NCBI GenBank assembly: GCA_964016885.1
Contig: OZ024758.1
Span: 34,038,001 to 34,102,000 of the forward strand
DNA: 64,000 nucleotides
Direction of reading: 5' to 3'
Origin: Eledone cirrhosa
Lineage: Eukaryota
The notes under the pieces were generated by a model. That model saw only the letters and a program-made list of their open reading frames with translations. It made no database searches and was not told the origin of the DNA. Position 1 is the stretch's first letter. Each line of letters starts with the position of its first letter. Position numbers and translations under genes: made by a program. This document shows positions 11,650 to 26,236 of the stretch, piece by piece.

Positions 11650-14600
11650 AGTAACTCCACTGTTGGTGAGAATTCATTTAAGTTCATGGTACTAGTTGTC
11701 AGAAGTAACTCCACTGTTGGTAAGAATTCATTTTATTTCACGGTATTAGTTGTCAGAAGTAACTCCACTGTTGGTGAGAATTCATTTAAGTCATGGTATT
11801 AGTTGTCAGAAGTAACTCCAATGTTGGTGAGAATTCATTTAAGTTCATGGTACTAGCTGTCAGAAGTAACTCCACTGTTGGTGAGAATTCATTTAAGTTC
11901 ATGGTATTAGCTGTCAGAAGTAACTCCACTGTTGGTGAGAATTCATTTAAGTTCATGGTACTAGCTGTCAGAAGTAACTCCAATGTTGGTGAGAATTCAT
12001 TTAAGTTCATGGTATTAGCTGTCAGAAGTAACTCCACTGTTGGTCAGAATTCATTTAAGTTCATGGTACTAGCTGTCAGAAGTAACTCCACTGTTGGTGA
12101 GAATTCATTTAAGTTCATGGTATTAGCTGTCAGAAGTCACTCCAATGTTGGTGAGAATTCATTTAAGTTCATGGTATTAGCTGTCAGAAGTCACTCCACT
12201 GTTGGTGAGAATTCATTTAAGTTCATGGTATTAGCTGTCAGAAGTAACTCCACTGTTGGTGAAAATTCATTAAGTTCATGGTACTAGTTGTCAGAAGTAA
12301 CTCCACTGTTGGTAAGAATTCATTTTAGTTCATGGTATTAGTTGTCAGAAGTAACTCCACTGTTGGTGAGAATTCATTTAAGTCATGGTATTAGTTGTCA
12401 GAAGTAACTCCAATGTTGGTGAGAATTCATTTAAGTTCATGGTACTAGCTGTCAGAAGTAACTCCACTGTTGGTGAGAATTCATTTAAGTTCATGGTATT
12501 AGCTGTCAGAAGTAACTCCACTGTTGGTGAGAATTCATTTAAGTCATGGTATTAGCTGTCAGAAGTAACTCCATTGTTGGTGAGAATTCATTTAAGTCAT
12601 GGTACTAGCTGTCAGAAGTAACTCCACTGTTGGTGAGAATTCATTTAAGTTCATGGTATTAGCTGTCAGAAGGAACGCCACTGTTGGTGAGAATTCATTT
12701 AAGTTCATGGTATTAGCTGTCAGAAGTAACTCCACTGTTGGTGAGAATTCATTTAAGTTCATGGTACTAGCTGTCAGAAGTAACTCCACTGTTGGTGAGA
12801 ATTCATTTAAGTTCATGGTATTAGCTGTCAGAAGTAACTCCACTGTTGGTGAGAATTCATTTAAGTTCATGGTACTAGCTGTCAGAAGTAACTCCATTGT
12901 TGGTGAGAATTCATTTAAGTCATGGTACTAGCTGTCAGAAGTAACTCCCCTGTTGGTGAGAATTCATTTAAATTCATGGTACTAGCTGTCAGAAGTAACT
13001 CCACTGTTGGTGAGAATTCATTTAAGTTCATGGTACTAGCTGTCAGAAGTAACTCCACTGTTGGTGAGAATTCATTTAAGTTCATGGTACTAGCTGTCAG
13101 AAGTAACTCCACTGTTGGTGAGAATTCATTTAAGTTCATGGTATTAGTTTGTCAGAAGTAACTCCACTGTTGGTGAGAATTCATTTAAGTCATGGTATTA
13201 GTTGTCAGAAGTAACTCCAATGTTGGTGAGAATTCATTTAAGTCATGGTACTAGCTGTCAGAAGTAACTCCACTGTTGGTGAGAATTCATTTAAGTTCAT
13301 GGTATTAGCTGTCAGAAGGAACGCCACTGTTGGTGAGAATTCATTTAAGTTCATGGTATTAGCTGTCAGAAGTAACTCCACTGTTGGTGAGAATTCATTT
13401 AAGTTAATGGTACTAGCTGTTAGAAGTAACTCCAATGTTGGTGAGAATTCATTTAAGTTCATGGTATTAGCTGTCAGAAGTAACTCCACTGTTGGTGAGA
13501 ATTCATTTAAGTTCATGGTACTAGCTGTCAGAAGTAACTCCACTGTTGGTGAGAATTCATTTAAGTTCATGGTATTAGCTGTCAGAAGTAACTCCACTGT
13601 TGGTGAGAATTCATTTAAGTTCATGGTACTAGCTGTCAGAAGTAACTCCAATGTTGGTGAGAATTCATTTAAGTTCATGGTATTAGCTGTCAGAAGTAAC
13701 TCCACTGTTGGTGAGAATTCATTTAAGTTCATGGTACTAGCTGTCAGAAGTAACTCCACTGTTGGTGAGAATTCATTTAAGTTCATGGTATTAGCTGTCA
13801 GAAGTCACTCCAATGTTGGTGAGAATTCATTTAAGTTCATGGTATTAGCTGTCAGAAGTCACTCCACTGTTGGTGAGAATTCATTTAAGTTCATGGTATT
13901 AGCTGTCAGAAGTAACTCCACTGTTGGTGAGAATTCATTTAAGTTCATGGTACTAGTTGTCAGAAGTAACTCCACTGTTGGTAAGAATTCATTTTAGTTC
14001 ATGGTATTAGTTGTCAGAAGTAACTCCACTGTTGGTGAGAATTCATTTAAGTCATGGTATTAGTTGTCAGAAGTAACTCCAATGTTGGTGAGAATTCATT
14101 TAAGTTCATGGTACTAGCTGTCAGAAGTAACTCCACTGTTGGTGAGAATTCATTTAAGTTCATGGTATTAGCTGTCAGAAGTAACTCCACTGTTGGTGAG
14201 AATTCATTTAAGTTCATGGTACTAGCTGTCAGAAGTAACTCCAATGTTGGTGAGAATTCATTTAAGTTCATGGTATTAGCTGTCAGAAGTAACTCCACTG
14301 TTGGTCAGAATTCATTTAAGTTCATGGTACTAGCTGTCAGAAGTAACTCCACTGTTGGTGAGAATTCATTTAAGTTCATGGTATTAGCTGTCAGAAGTCA
14401 CTCCAATGTTGGTGAGAATTCATTTAAGTTCATGGTATTAGCTGTCAGAAGTCACTCCACTGTTGGTGAGAATTCATTTAAGTTCATGGTATTAGCTGTC
14501 AGAAGTAACTCCACTGTTGGTGAAAATTCATTAAGTTCATGGTACTAGTTGTCAGAAGTAACTCCACTGTTGGTAAGAATTCATTTTAGTTCATGGTATT

Positions 14601-14850
14601 AGTTGTCAGAAGTAACTCCACTGTTGGTGAGAATTCATTTAAGTCATGGTATTAGTTGTCAGAAGTAACTCCAATGTTGGTGAGAATTCATTTAAGTTCA
14701 TGGTACTAGCTGTCAGAAGTAACTCCACTGTTGGTGAGAATTCATTTAAGTTCATGGTATTAGCTGTCAGAAGTAACTCCACTGTTGGTGAGAATTCATT
14801 TAAGTCATGGTATTAGCTGTCAGAAGTAACTCCATTGTTGGTGAGAATTC
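11650..14850 (+). repeat. Higher-order duplication, offset 2,261 bp (42 monomers); boundaries approximate
   Basis: ORF pairs 11786/14047 and 11793/14054. Rare variants GGTCAGAA (12045/14306) and GAAAATTCATTAAG (~12263/14524) are shared. Confidence 0.8.
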
Positions 14851-15109
14851 ATTTAAGTTCATGGTATTAGCTGTCAGAAGGAACGCCACTGTTGGTGAGA
14901 ATTCATTTAAGTTCATGGTATTAGCTGTCAGAAGTAACTCCACTGTTGGTGAGAATTCATTTAAGTTAATGGTACTAGCTGTTAGAAGTAACTCCAATGT
15001 TGGTGAGAATTCATTTAAGTTCATGGTATTAGCTGTCAGAAGTAACTCCACTGTTGGTGAGAATTCATTTAAGTTCATGGTACTAGCTGTCAGAAGTAAC
15101 TCCACTGTT

Positions 15110-18100
15110 GGTGAGAATTCATTTAAGTTCATGGTATTAGCTGTCAGAAGTAACTCCACTGTTGGTGAGAATTCATTTAAGTTCATGGTACTAGCTGTCA
15201 GAAGTAACTCCAATGTTGGTGAGAATTCATTTAAGTTCATGGTATTAGCTGTCAGAAGTAACTCCACTGTTGGTGAGAATTCATTTAAGTTCATGGTACT
15301 AGCTGTCAGAAGTAACTCCACTGTTGGTGAGAATTCATTTAAGTTCATGGTATTAGCTGTCAGAAGTCACTCCAATGTTGGTGAGAATTCATTTAAGTTC
15401 ATGGTATTAGCTGTCAGAAGTCACTCCACTGTTGGTGAGAATTCATTTAAGTTCATGGTATTAGCTGTCAGAAGTAACTCCACTGTTGGTGAGAATTCAT
15501 TAAGTTCATGGTACTAGTTGTCAGAAGTAACTCCACTGTTGGTAAGAATTCATTTTAGTTCATGGTATTAGTTGGCAGAAGTAACTCCACTGTTGGTGAG
15601 AATTCATTTAAGTCATGGTATTAGTTGTCAGAAGTAACTCCAATGTTGGTGAGAATTCATTTAAGTTCATGGTACTAGCTGTCAGAAGTAACTCCACTGT
15701 TGGTGAGAATTCATTTAAGTTCATGGTATTAGCTGTCAGAAGTAACTCCACTGTTGGTGAGAATTCATTTAAGTCATGGTATTAGCTGTCAGAAGTAACT
15801 CCATTGTTGGTGAGAATTCATTTAAGTCATGGTACTAGCTGTCAGAAGTAACTCCACTGTTGGTGAGAATTCATTTAAGTTCATGGTACTAGCTGTCAGA
15901 AGTAACTCCACTGTTGGTGAGAATTCATTTAAGTTCATGGTACTAGCTGTCAGAAGTAACTCCACTGTTGGTGAGAATTCATTTAAGTTCATGGTACTAG
16001 CTGTCAGAAGTAACTCCAATGTTGGTGAGAATTCATTTAAGTTCATGGTATTAGCTGTCAGAAGTAACTCCACTGTTGGTGAGAATTCATTTAAGTTCAT
16101 GGTACTAGCTGTCAGAAGTAACTCCACTGTTGGTGAGAATTCATTTAAGTTCATGGTATTAGCTGTCAGAAGTCACTCCAATGTTGGTGAGAATTCATTT
16201 AAGTCATGGTATTAGTTGTCAGAAGTAACTCCAATGTTGGTGAGAATTCATTTAAGTTCATGGTACTAGCTGTCAGAAGTAACTCCACTGTTGGTGAGAA
16301 TTCATTTAAGTTCATGGTATTAGCTGTCAGAAGTAACTCCACTGTTGGTGAGAATTCATTTAAGTTCATGGTACTAGCTGTCAGAAGTAACTCCAATGTT
16401 GGTGAGAATTCATTTAAGTTCATGGTATTAGCTGTCAGAAGTAACTCCACTGTTGGTCAGAATTCATTTAAGTTCATGGTACTAGCTGTCAGAAGTAACT
16501 CCACTGTTGGTGAGAATTCATTTAAGTTCATGGTATTAGCTGTCAGAAGTCACTCCAATGTTGGTGAGAATTCATTTAAGTTCATGGTATTAGCTGTCAG
16601 AAGTCACTCCACTGTTGGTGAGAATTCATTTAAGTTCATGGTATTAGCTGTCAGAAGTAACTCCACTGTTGGTGAGAATTCATTAAGTTCATGGTACTAG
16701 TTGTCAGAAGTAACTCCACTGTTGGTAAGAATTCATTTTAGTTCATGGTATTAGTTGTCAGAAGTAACTCCACTGTTGGTGAGAATTCATTTAAGTCATG
16801 GTATTAGTTGTCAGAAGTAACTCCAATGTTGGTGAGAATTCATTTAAGTTCATGGTACTAGCTGTGAGAAGTAACTCCACTGTTGGTGAGAATTCATTTA
16901 AGTTCATGGTATTAGCTGTCAGAAGTAACTCCACTGTTGGTGAGAATTCATTTAAGTCATGGTATTAGCTGTCAGAAGTAACTCCATTGTTGGTGAGAAT
17001 TCATTTAAGTCATGGTACTAGCTGTCAGAAGTAACTCCACTGTTGGTGAGAATTCATTTAAGTTCATGGTATTAGCTGTCAGAAGGAACGCCACTGTTGG
17101 TGAGAATTCATTTAAGTTCATGGTATTAGCTGTCAGAAGTAACTCCACTGTTGGTGAGAATTCATTTAAGTTCATGGTACTAGCTGTCAGAAGTAACTCC
17201 ACTGTTGGTGAGAATTCATTTAAGTTCATGGTATTAGTTTGTCAGAAGTAACTCCAATGTTGGTGAGAATTCATTTAAGTCATGGTATTAGTTGTCAGAA
17301 GTAACTCCAATGTTGGTGAGAATTCATTTAAGTCATGGTACTAGCTGTCAGAAGTAACTCCACTGTTGGTGAGAATTCATTTAAGTTCATGGTATTAGCT
17401 GTCAGAAGGAACGCCACTGTTGGTGAGAATTCATTTAAGTTCATGGTATTAGCTGTCAGAAGTAACTCCACTGTTGGTGAGAATTCATTTAAGTTAATGG
17501 TACTAGCTGTTAGAAGTAACTCCAATGTTGGTGAGAATTCATTTAAGTTCATGGTATTAGCTGTCAGAAGTAACTCCACTGTTGGTGAGAATTCATTTAA
17601 GTTCATGGTACTAGCTGTCAGAAGTAACTCCACTGTTGGTGAGAATTCATTTAAGTTCATGGTACTAGCTGTCAGAAGTAACTCCACTGTTGGTGAGAAT
17701 TCATTTAAGTTCATGGTACTAGCTGTCAGAAGTAACTCCAATGTTGGTGAGAATTCATTTAAGTTCATGGTATTAGCTGTCAGAAGTAACTCCACTGTTG
17801 GTGAGAATTCATTTAAGTTCATGGTACTAGCTGTCAGATGTAACTCCACTGTTGGTGAGAATTCATTTAAGTTCATGGTATTAGCTGTCAGAAGTCACTC
17901 CAATGTTGGTGAGAATTCATTTAAGTTCATGGTATTAGCTGTCAGAAGTAACTCCACTGTTGGTGAGAATTCATTTAAGTTCATGGTACTAGCTGTCAGA
18001 AGTAACTCCAATGTTGGTGAGAATTCATTTAAGTTCATGGTATTAGCTGTCAGAAGTAACTCCACTGTTGGTGAGAATTCATTTAAGTTCATGGTACTAG

Positions 18101-21100
18101 CTGTCAGAAGTAACTCCACTGTTGGTGAGAATTCATTTAAGTTCATGGTATTAGCTGTCAGAAGTCACTCCAATGTTGGTGAGAATTCATTTAAGTTCAT
18201 GGTATTAGCTGTCAGAAGTCACTCCACTGTTGGTGAGAATTCATTTAAGTTCATGGTATTAGCTGTCAGAAGTAACTCCACTGTTGGTGAGAATTCATTA
18301 AGTTCATGGTACTAGTTGTCAGAAGTAACTCCACTGTTGGTAAGAATTCATTTTAGTTCATGGTATTAGTTGGCAGAAGTAACTCCACTGTTGGTGAGAA
18401 TTCATTTAAGTCATGGTATTAGTTGTCAGAAGTAACTCCAATGTTGGTGAGAATTCATTTAAGTTCATGGTACTAGCTGTCAGAAGTAACTCCACTGTTG
18501 GTGAGAATTCATTTAAGTTCATGGTATTAGCTGTCAGAAGTAACTCCACTGTTGGTGAGAATTCATTTAAGTCATGGTATTAGCTGTCAGAAGTAACTCC
18601 ATTGTTGGTGAGAATTCATTTAAGTCATGGTACTAGCTGTCAGAAGTAACTCCACTGTTGGTGAGAATTCATTTAAGTTCATGGTACTAGCTGTCAGAAG
18701 TAACTCCACTGTTGGTGAGAATTCATTTAAGTTCATGGTACTAGCTGTCAGAAGTAACTCCACTGTTGGTGAGAATTCATTTAAGTTCATGGTACTAGCT
18801 GTCAGAAGTAACTCCAATGTTGGTGAGAATTCATTTAAGTTCATGGTATTAGCTGTCAGAAGTAACTCCACTGTTGGTGAGAATTCATTTAAGTTCATGG
18901 TACTAGCTGTCAGAAGTAACTCCACTGTTGGTGAGAATTCATTTAAGTTCATGGTATTAGCTGTCAGAAGTCACTCCAATGTTGGTGAGAATTCATTTAA
19001 GTCATGGTATTAGTTGTCAGAAGTAACTCCAATGTTGGTGAGAATTCATTTAAGTTCATGGTACTAGCTGTCAGAAGTAACTCCACTGTTGGTGAGAATT
19101 CATTTAAGTTCATGGTATTAGCTGTCAGAAGTAACTCCACTGTTGGTGAGAATTCATTTAAGTTCATGGTACTAGCTGTCAGAAGTAACTCCAATGTTGG
19201 TGAGAATTCATTTAAGTTCATGGTATTAGCTGTCAGAAGTAACTCCACTGTTGGTCAGAATTCATTTAAGTTCATGGTACTAGCTGTCAGAAGTAACTCC
19301 ACTGTTGGTGAGAATTCATTTAAGTTCATGGTATTAGCTGTCAGAAGTCACTCCAATGTTGGTGAGAATTCATTTAAGTTCATGGTATTAGCTGTCAGAA
19401 GTCACTCCACTGTTGGTGAGAATTCATTTAAGTTCATGGTATTAGCTGTCAGAAGTAACTCCACTGTTGGTGAGAATTCATTAAGTTCATGGTACTAGTT
19501 GTCAGAAGTAACTCCACTGTTGGTAAGAATTCATTTTAGTTCATGGTATTAGTTGTCAGAAGTAACTCCACTGTTGGTGAGAATTCATTTAAGTCATGGT
19601 ATTAGTTGTCAGAAGTAACTCCAATGTTGGTGAGAATTCATTTAAGTTCATGGTACTAGCTGTGAGAAGTAACTCCACTGTTGGTGAGAATTCATTTAAG
19701 TTCATGGTATTAGCTGTCAGAAGTAACTCCACTGTTGGTGAGAATTCATTTAAGTCATGGTATTAGCTGTCAGAAGTAACTCCATTGTTGGTGAGAATTC
19801 ATTTAAGTCATGGTACTAGCTGTCAGAAGTAACTCCACTGTTGGTGAGAATTCATTTAAGTTCATGGTATTAGCTGTCAGAAGGAACGCCACTGTTGGTG
19901 AGAATTCATTTAAGTTCATGGTATTAGCTGTCAGAAGTAACTCCACTGTTGGTGAGAATTCATTTAAGTTCATGGTACTAGCTGTCAGAAGTAACTCCAC
20001 TGTTGGTGAGAATTCATTTAAGTTCATGGTATTAGTTTGTCAGAAGTAACTCCAATGTTGGTGAGAATTCATTTAAGTCATGGTATTAGTTGTCAGAAGT
20101 AACTCCAATGTTGGTGAGAATTCATTTAAGTCATGGTACTAGCTGTCAGAAGTAACTCCACTGTTGGTGAGAATTCATTTAAGTTCATGGTATTAGCTGT
20201 CAGAAGGAACGCCACTGTTGGTGAGAATTCATTTAAGTTCATGGTATTAGCTGTCAGAAGTAACTCCACTGTTGGTGAGAATTCATTTAAGTTAATGGTA
20301 CTAGCTGTTAGAAGTAACTCCAATGTTGGTGAGAATTCATTTAAGTTCATGGTATTAGCTGTCAGAAGTAACTCCACTGTTGGTGAGAATTCATTTAAGT
20401 TCATGGTACTAGCTGTCAGAAGTAACTCCACTGTTGGTGAGAATTCATTTAAGTTCATGGTACTAGCTGTCAGAAGTAACTCCACTGTTGGTGAGAATTC
20501 ATTTAAGTTCATGGTACTAGCTGTCAGAAGTAACTCCAATGTTGGTGAGAATTCATTTAAGTTCATGGTATTAGCTGTCAGAAGTAACTCCACTGTTGGT
20601 GAGAATTCATTTAAGTTCATGGTACTAGCTGTCAGATGTAACTCCACTGTTGGTGAGAATTCATTTAAGTTCATGGTATTAGCTGTCAGAAGTCACTCCA
20701 ATGTTGGTGAGAATTCATTTAAGTTCATGGTATTAGGTGTCAGAAGTCACTCCACTGTTGGTGAGAATTCATTTAAGTTCATGGTATTAGCTGTCAGAAG
20801 TAACTCCACTGTTGGTGAGAATTCATTTAAGTTCATGGTACTAGTTGTCAGAAGTAACTCCACTGTTGGTAAGAATTCATTTTAGTTCATGGTATTAGTT
20901 GTCAGAAGTAACTCCACTGTTGGTGAGAATTCATTTAAGTCATGGTATTAGTTGTCAGAAGTAACTCCAATGTTGGTGAGAATTCATTTAAGTTCATGGT
21001 ACTAGCTGTCAGAAGTAACTCCACTGTTGGTGAGAATTCATTTAAGTTCATGGTATTAGCTGTCAGAAGTCACTCCAATGTTGGTGAGAATTCATTTAAG

Positions 21101-23975
21101 TTCATGGTATTAGCTGTCAGAAGTCACTCCACTGTTGGTGAGAATTCATTTAAGTTCATGGTATTAGCTGTCAGAAGTAACTCCACTGTTGGTGAGAATT
21201 CATTAAGTTCATGGTACTAGTTGTCAGAAGTAACTCCACTGTTGGTAAGAATTCATTTTAGTTCATGGTATTAGTTGGCAGAAGTAACTCCACTGTTGGT
21301 GAGAATTCATTTAAGTCATGGTATTAGTTGTCAGAAGTAACTCCAATGTTGGTGAGAATTCATTTAAGTTCATGGTACTAGCTGTCAGAAGTAACTCCAC
21401 TGTTGGTGAGAATTCATTTAAGTTCATGGTATTAGCTGTCAGAAGTAACTCCACTGTTGGTGAGAATTCATTTAAGTCATGGTATTAGCTGTCAGAAGTA
21501 ACTCCATTGTTGGTGAGAATTCATTTAAGTCATGGTACTAGCTGTCAGAAGTAACTCCACTGTTGGTGAGAATTCATTTAAGTTCATGGTACTAGCTGTC
21601 AGAAGTAACTCCACTGTTGGTGAGAATTCATTTAAGTTCATGGTACTAGCTGTCAGAAGTAACTCCACTGTTGGTGAGAATTCATTTAAGTTCATGGTAC
21701 TAGCTGTCAGAAGTAACTCCAATGTTGGTGAGAATTCATTTAAGTTCATGGTATTAGCTGTCAGAAGTAACTCCACTGTTGGTGAGAATTCATTTAAGTT
21801 CATGGTACTAGCTGTCAGAAGTAACTCCACTGTTGGTGAGAATTCATTTAAGTTCATGGTATTAGCTGTCAGAAGTCACTCCAATGTTGGTGAGAATTCA
21901 TTTAAGTCATGGTATTAGTTGTCAGAAGTAACTCCAATGTTGGTGAGAATTCATTTAAGTTCATGGTACTAGCTGTCAGAAGTAACTCCACTGTTGGTGA
22001 GAATTCATTTAAGTTCATGGTATTAGCTGTCAGAAGTAACTCCACTGTTGGTGAGAATTCATTTAAGTTCATGGTACTAGCTGTCAGAAGTAACTCCAAT
22101 GTTGGTGAGAATTCATTTAAGTTCATGGTATTAGCTGTCAGAAGTAACTCCACTGTTGGTCAGAATTCATTTAAGTTCATGGTACTAGCTGTCAGAAGTA
22201 ACTCCACTGTTGGTGAGAATTCATTTAAGTTCATGGTATTAGCTGTCAGAAGTCACTCCAATGTTGGTGAGAATTCATTTAAGTTCATGGTATTAGCTGT
22301 CAGAAGTCACTCCACTGTTGGTGAGAATTCATTTAAGTTCATGGTATTAGCTGTCAGAAGTAACTCCACTGTTGGTGAGAATTCATTAAGTTCATGGTAC
22401 TAGTTGTCAGAAGTAACTCCACTGTTGGTAAGAATTCATTTTAGTTCATGGTATTAGTTGTCAGAAGTAACTCCACTGTTGGTGAGAATTCATTTAAGTC
22501 ATGGTATTAGTTGTCAGAAGTAACTCCAATGTTGGTGAGAATTCATTTAAGTTCATGGTACTAGCTGTGAGAAGTAACTCCACTGTTGGTGAGAATTCAT
22601 TTAAGTTCATGGTATTAGCTGTCAGAAGTAACTCCACTGTTGGTGAGAATTCATTTAAGTCATGGTATTAGCTGTCAGAAGTAACTCCATTGTTGGTGAG
22701 AATTCATTTAAGTCATGGTACTAGCTGTCAGAAGTAACTCCACTGTTGGTGAGAATTCATTTAAGTTCATGGTATTAGCTGTCAGAAGGAACGCCACTGT
22801 TGGTGAGAATTCATTTAAGTTCATGGTATTAGCTGTCAGAAGTAACTCCACTGTTGGTGAGAATTCATTTAAGTTCATGGTACTAGCTGTCAGAAGTAAC
22901 TCCACTGTTGGTGAGAATTCATTTAAGTTCATGGTATTAGTTTGTCAGAAGTAACTCCAATGTTGGTGAGAATTCATTTAAGTCATGGTATTAGTTGTCA
23001 GAAGTAACTCCAATGTTGGTGAGAATTCATTTAAGTCATGGTACTAGCTGTCAGAAGTAACTCCACTGTTGGTGAGAATTCATTTAAGTTCATGGTATTA
23101 GCTGTCAGAAGGAACGCCACTGTTGGTGAGAATTCATTTAAGTTCATGGTATTAGCTGTCAGAAGTAACTCCACTGTTGGTGAGAATTCATTTAAGTTAA
23201 TGGTACTAGCTGTTAGAAGTAACTCCAATGTTGGTGAGAATTCATTTAAGTTCATGGTATTAGCTGTCAGAAGTAACTCCACTGTTGGTGAGAATTCATT
23301 TAAGTTCATGGTACTAGCTGTCAGAAGTAACTCCACTGTTGGTGAGAATTCATTTAAGTTCATGGTACTAGCTGTCAGAAGTAACTCCACTGTTGGTGAG
23401 AATTCATTTAAGTTCATGGTACTAGCTGTCAGAAGTAACTCCAATGTTGGTGAGAATTCATTTAAGTTCATGGTATTAGCTGTCAGAAGTAACTCCACTG
23501 TTGGTGAGAATTCATTTAAGTTCATGGTACTAGCTGTCAGATGTAACTCCACTGTTGGTGAGAATTCATTTAAGTTCATGGTATTAGCTGTCAGAAGTCA
23601 CTCCAATGTTGGTGAGAATTCATTTAAGTTCATGGTATTAGGTGTCAGAAGTCACTCCACTGTTGGTGAGAATTCATTTAAGTTCATGGTATTAGCTGTC
23701 AGAAGTAACTCCACTGTTGGTGAGAATTCATTTAAGTTCATGGTACTAGTTGTCAGAAGTAACTCCACTGTTGGTAAGAATTCATTTTAGTTCATGGTAT
23801 TAGTTGTCAGAAGTAACTCCACTGTTGGTGAGAATTCATTTAAGTCATGGTATTAGTTGTCAGAAGTAACTCCAATGTTGGTGAGAATTCATTTAAGTTC
23901 ATGGTACTAGCTGTCAGAAGTAACTCCACTGTTGGTGAGAATTCATTTAAGTTCATGGTATTAGCTGTCAGAAGT
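15110..23975 (+). repeat. Three-copy higher-order repeat, periods 2,798 bp (52 monomers) and 2,905 bp (54 monomers); boundaries approximate
   Basis: Markers occur in triplicate: GTTGGCAGA (~15575/18373/21278), GCTGTGAGA (16866/19664/22569) and CAGATGTA (~17839/20637/23542). ORF triplets are 15822/18620/21525 and 17328/20126/23031. Confidence 0.9.
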
Positions 23976-23976
23976 A

Positions 23977-26236
23977 ACTCCACTGTTGGTGAGAATTCAT
24001 TTAAGTCATGGTATTAGCTGTCAGAAGTAACTCCATTGTTGGTGAGAATTCATTTAAGTTCATGGTATTAGCTGTCAGAAGTAACTCCACTGTTGGTGAG
24101 AATTCATTTAAGTCATGGTATTAGCTGTCAGAAGTAACTCCATTGTTGGTGAGAATTCATTTAAGTCATGGTACTAGCTGTCAGAAGTAACTCCCCTGTT
24201 GGTGAGAATTCATTTAAGTTCATGGTACTAGCTGTCAGAAGTAACTCCACTGTTGGTGAGAATTCATTTAAGTTCATGGCACTAGCTGTCAGAAGTAACT
24301 CCACTGTTGGTGAGAATTCATTTAAGTTCATGGTATTAGTTTGTCAGAAGTAACTCCACTGTTGGTGAGAATTCATTTAAGTCATGGTATTAGTTGTCAG
24401 AAGTAACTCCAATGTTGGTGAGAATTCATTTAAGTCATGGTACTAGCTGTCAGAAGTAACTCCAATGTTGGTGAGAATTCATTTAAGTTCATGGTATTAG
24501 CTCTCAGAAGTAACTCCACTGTTGGTGAGAATTCATTTAAGTTCATGGTATTAGCTGTCAGAAGTAACTCCACTGTTGGTGAGAATTCATTTAAGTTCAT
24601 GGTATTAGCTGTCAGAAGTAACTCCACTGTTGGTGAGAATTCATTTAAGTTAATGGTACTAGCTGTTAGAAGTAACTCCAATGTTGGTGAGAATTCATTT
24701 AAGTTCATGGTATTAGCTGTCAGAAGTAACTCCACTGTTGGTGAGAATTCATTTAAGTTCATGGTACTAGCTGTCAGAAGTAACTCCACTGTTGGTGAGA
24801 ATTCATTTAAGTTCATGGTATTAGCTGTCAGAAGTAACTCCACTGTTGGTGAGAATTCATTTAAGTTCATGGTACTAGCTGTCAGAAGTAACTCCAATGT
24901 TGGTGAGAATTCATTTAAGTTCATGGTATTAGCTGTCAGAAGTAACTCCACTGTTGGTGAGAATTCATTTAAGTTCATGGTACTAGCTGTCAGAAGTAAC
25001 TCCACTGTTGGTGAGAATTCATTTAAGTTCATGGTATTAGCTGTCAGAAGTCACTCCAATGTTGGTGAGAATTCATTTAAGTTCATGGTATTAGCTGTCA
25101 GAAGTCACTCCACTGTTGGTGAGAATTCATTTAAGTCATGGTATTAGCTGTCAGAAGTAACTCCATTGTTGGTGAGAATTCATTTAAGTTCATGGTATTA
25201 GCTGTCAGAAGTAACTCCACTGTTGGTGAGAATTCATTTAAGTCATGGTATTAGCTGTCAGAAGTAACTCCATTGTTGGTGAGAATTCATTTAAGTCATG
25301 GTACTAGCTGTCAGAAGTAACTCCCCTGTTGGTGAGAATTCATTTAAGTTCATGGTACTAGCTGTCAGAAGTAACTCCACTGTTGGTGAGAATTCATTTA
25401 AGTTCATGGTACTAGCTGTCAGAAGTAACTCCACTGTTGGTGAGAATTCATTTAAGTTCATGGTATTAGTTTGTCAGAAGTAACTCCACTGTTGGTGAGA
25501 ATTCATTTAAGTCATGGTATTAGTTGTCAGAAGTAACTCCAATGTTGGTGAGAATTCATTTAAGTCATGGTACTAGCTGTCAGAAGTAACTCCAATGTTG
25601 GTGAGAATTCATTTAAGTTCATGGTATTAGCTCTCAGAAGTAACTCCACTGTTGGTGAGAATTCATTTAAGTTCATGGTATTAGCTGTCAGAAGTAACTC
25701 CACTGTTGGTGAGAATTCATTTAAGTTCATGGTATTAGCTGTCAGAAGTAACTCCACTGTTGGTGAGAATTCATTTAAGTTAATGGTACTAGCTGTTAGA
25801 AGTAACTCCAATGTTGGTGAGAATTCATTTAAGTTCATGGTATTAGCTGTCAGAAGTAACTCCACTGTTGGTGAGAATTCATTTAAGTTCATGGTACTAG
25901 CTGTCAGAAGTAACTCCACTGTTGGTGAGAATTCATTTAAGTTCATGGTATTAGCTGTCAGAAGTAACTCCACTGTTGGTGAGAATTCATTTAAGTTCAT
26001 GGTACTAGCTGTCAGAAGTAACTCCAATGTTGGTGAGAATTCATTTAAGTTCATGGTATTAGCTGTCAGAAGTAACTCCACTGTTGGTGAGAATTCATTT
26101 AAGTTCATGGTACTAGCTGTCAGAAGTAACTCCACTGTTGGTGAGAATTCATTTAAGTTCATGGTATTAGCTGTCAGAAGTCACTCCAATGTTGGTGAGA
26201 ATTCATTTAAGTTCATGGTATTAGCTGTCAGAAGTC
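23977..26236 (+). repeat. Tandem duplication, period 1,130 bp (21 monomers)
   Basis: ORF pairs 24168/25298 and 24430/25560. GCTCTCAG is shared at ~24503/25633. One private difference was seen (ATGGC at 24280). Confidence 0.85.

Noticed and set aside
1-13500. A second 12.7-kb tandem duplication (offset 12,703: ORFs 212/12915 and 535/13238)
   Set aside because: The match lasts only about 0.8 kb within the window and then diverges. It may extend left of the window, which cannot be judged here.
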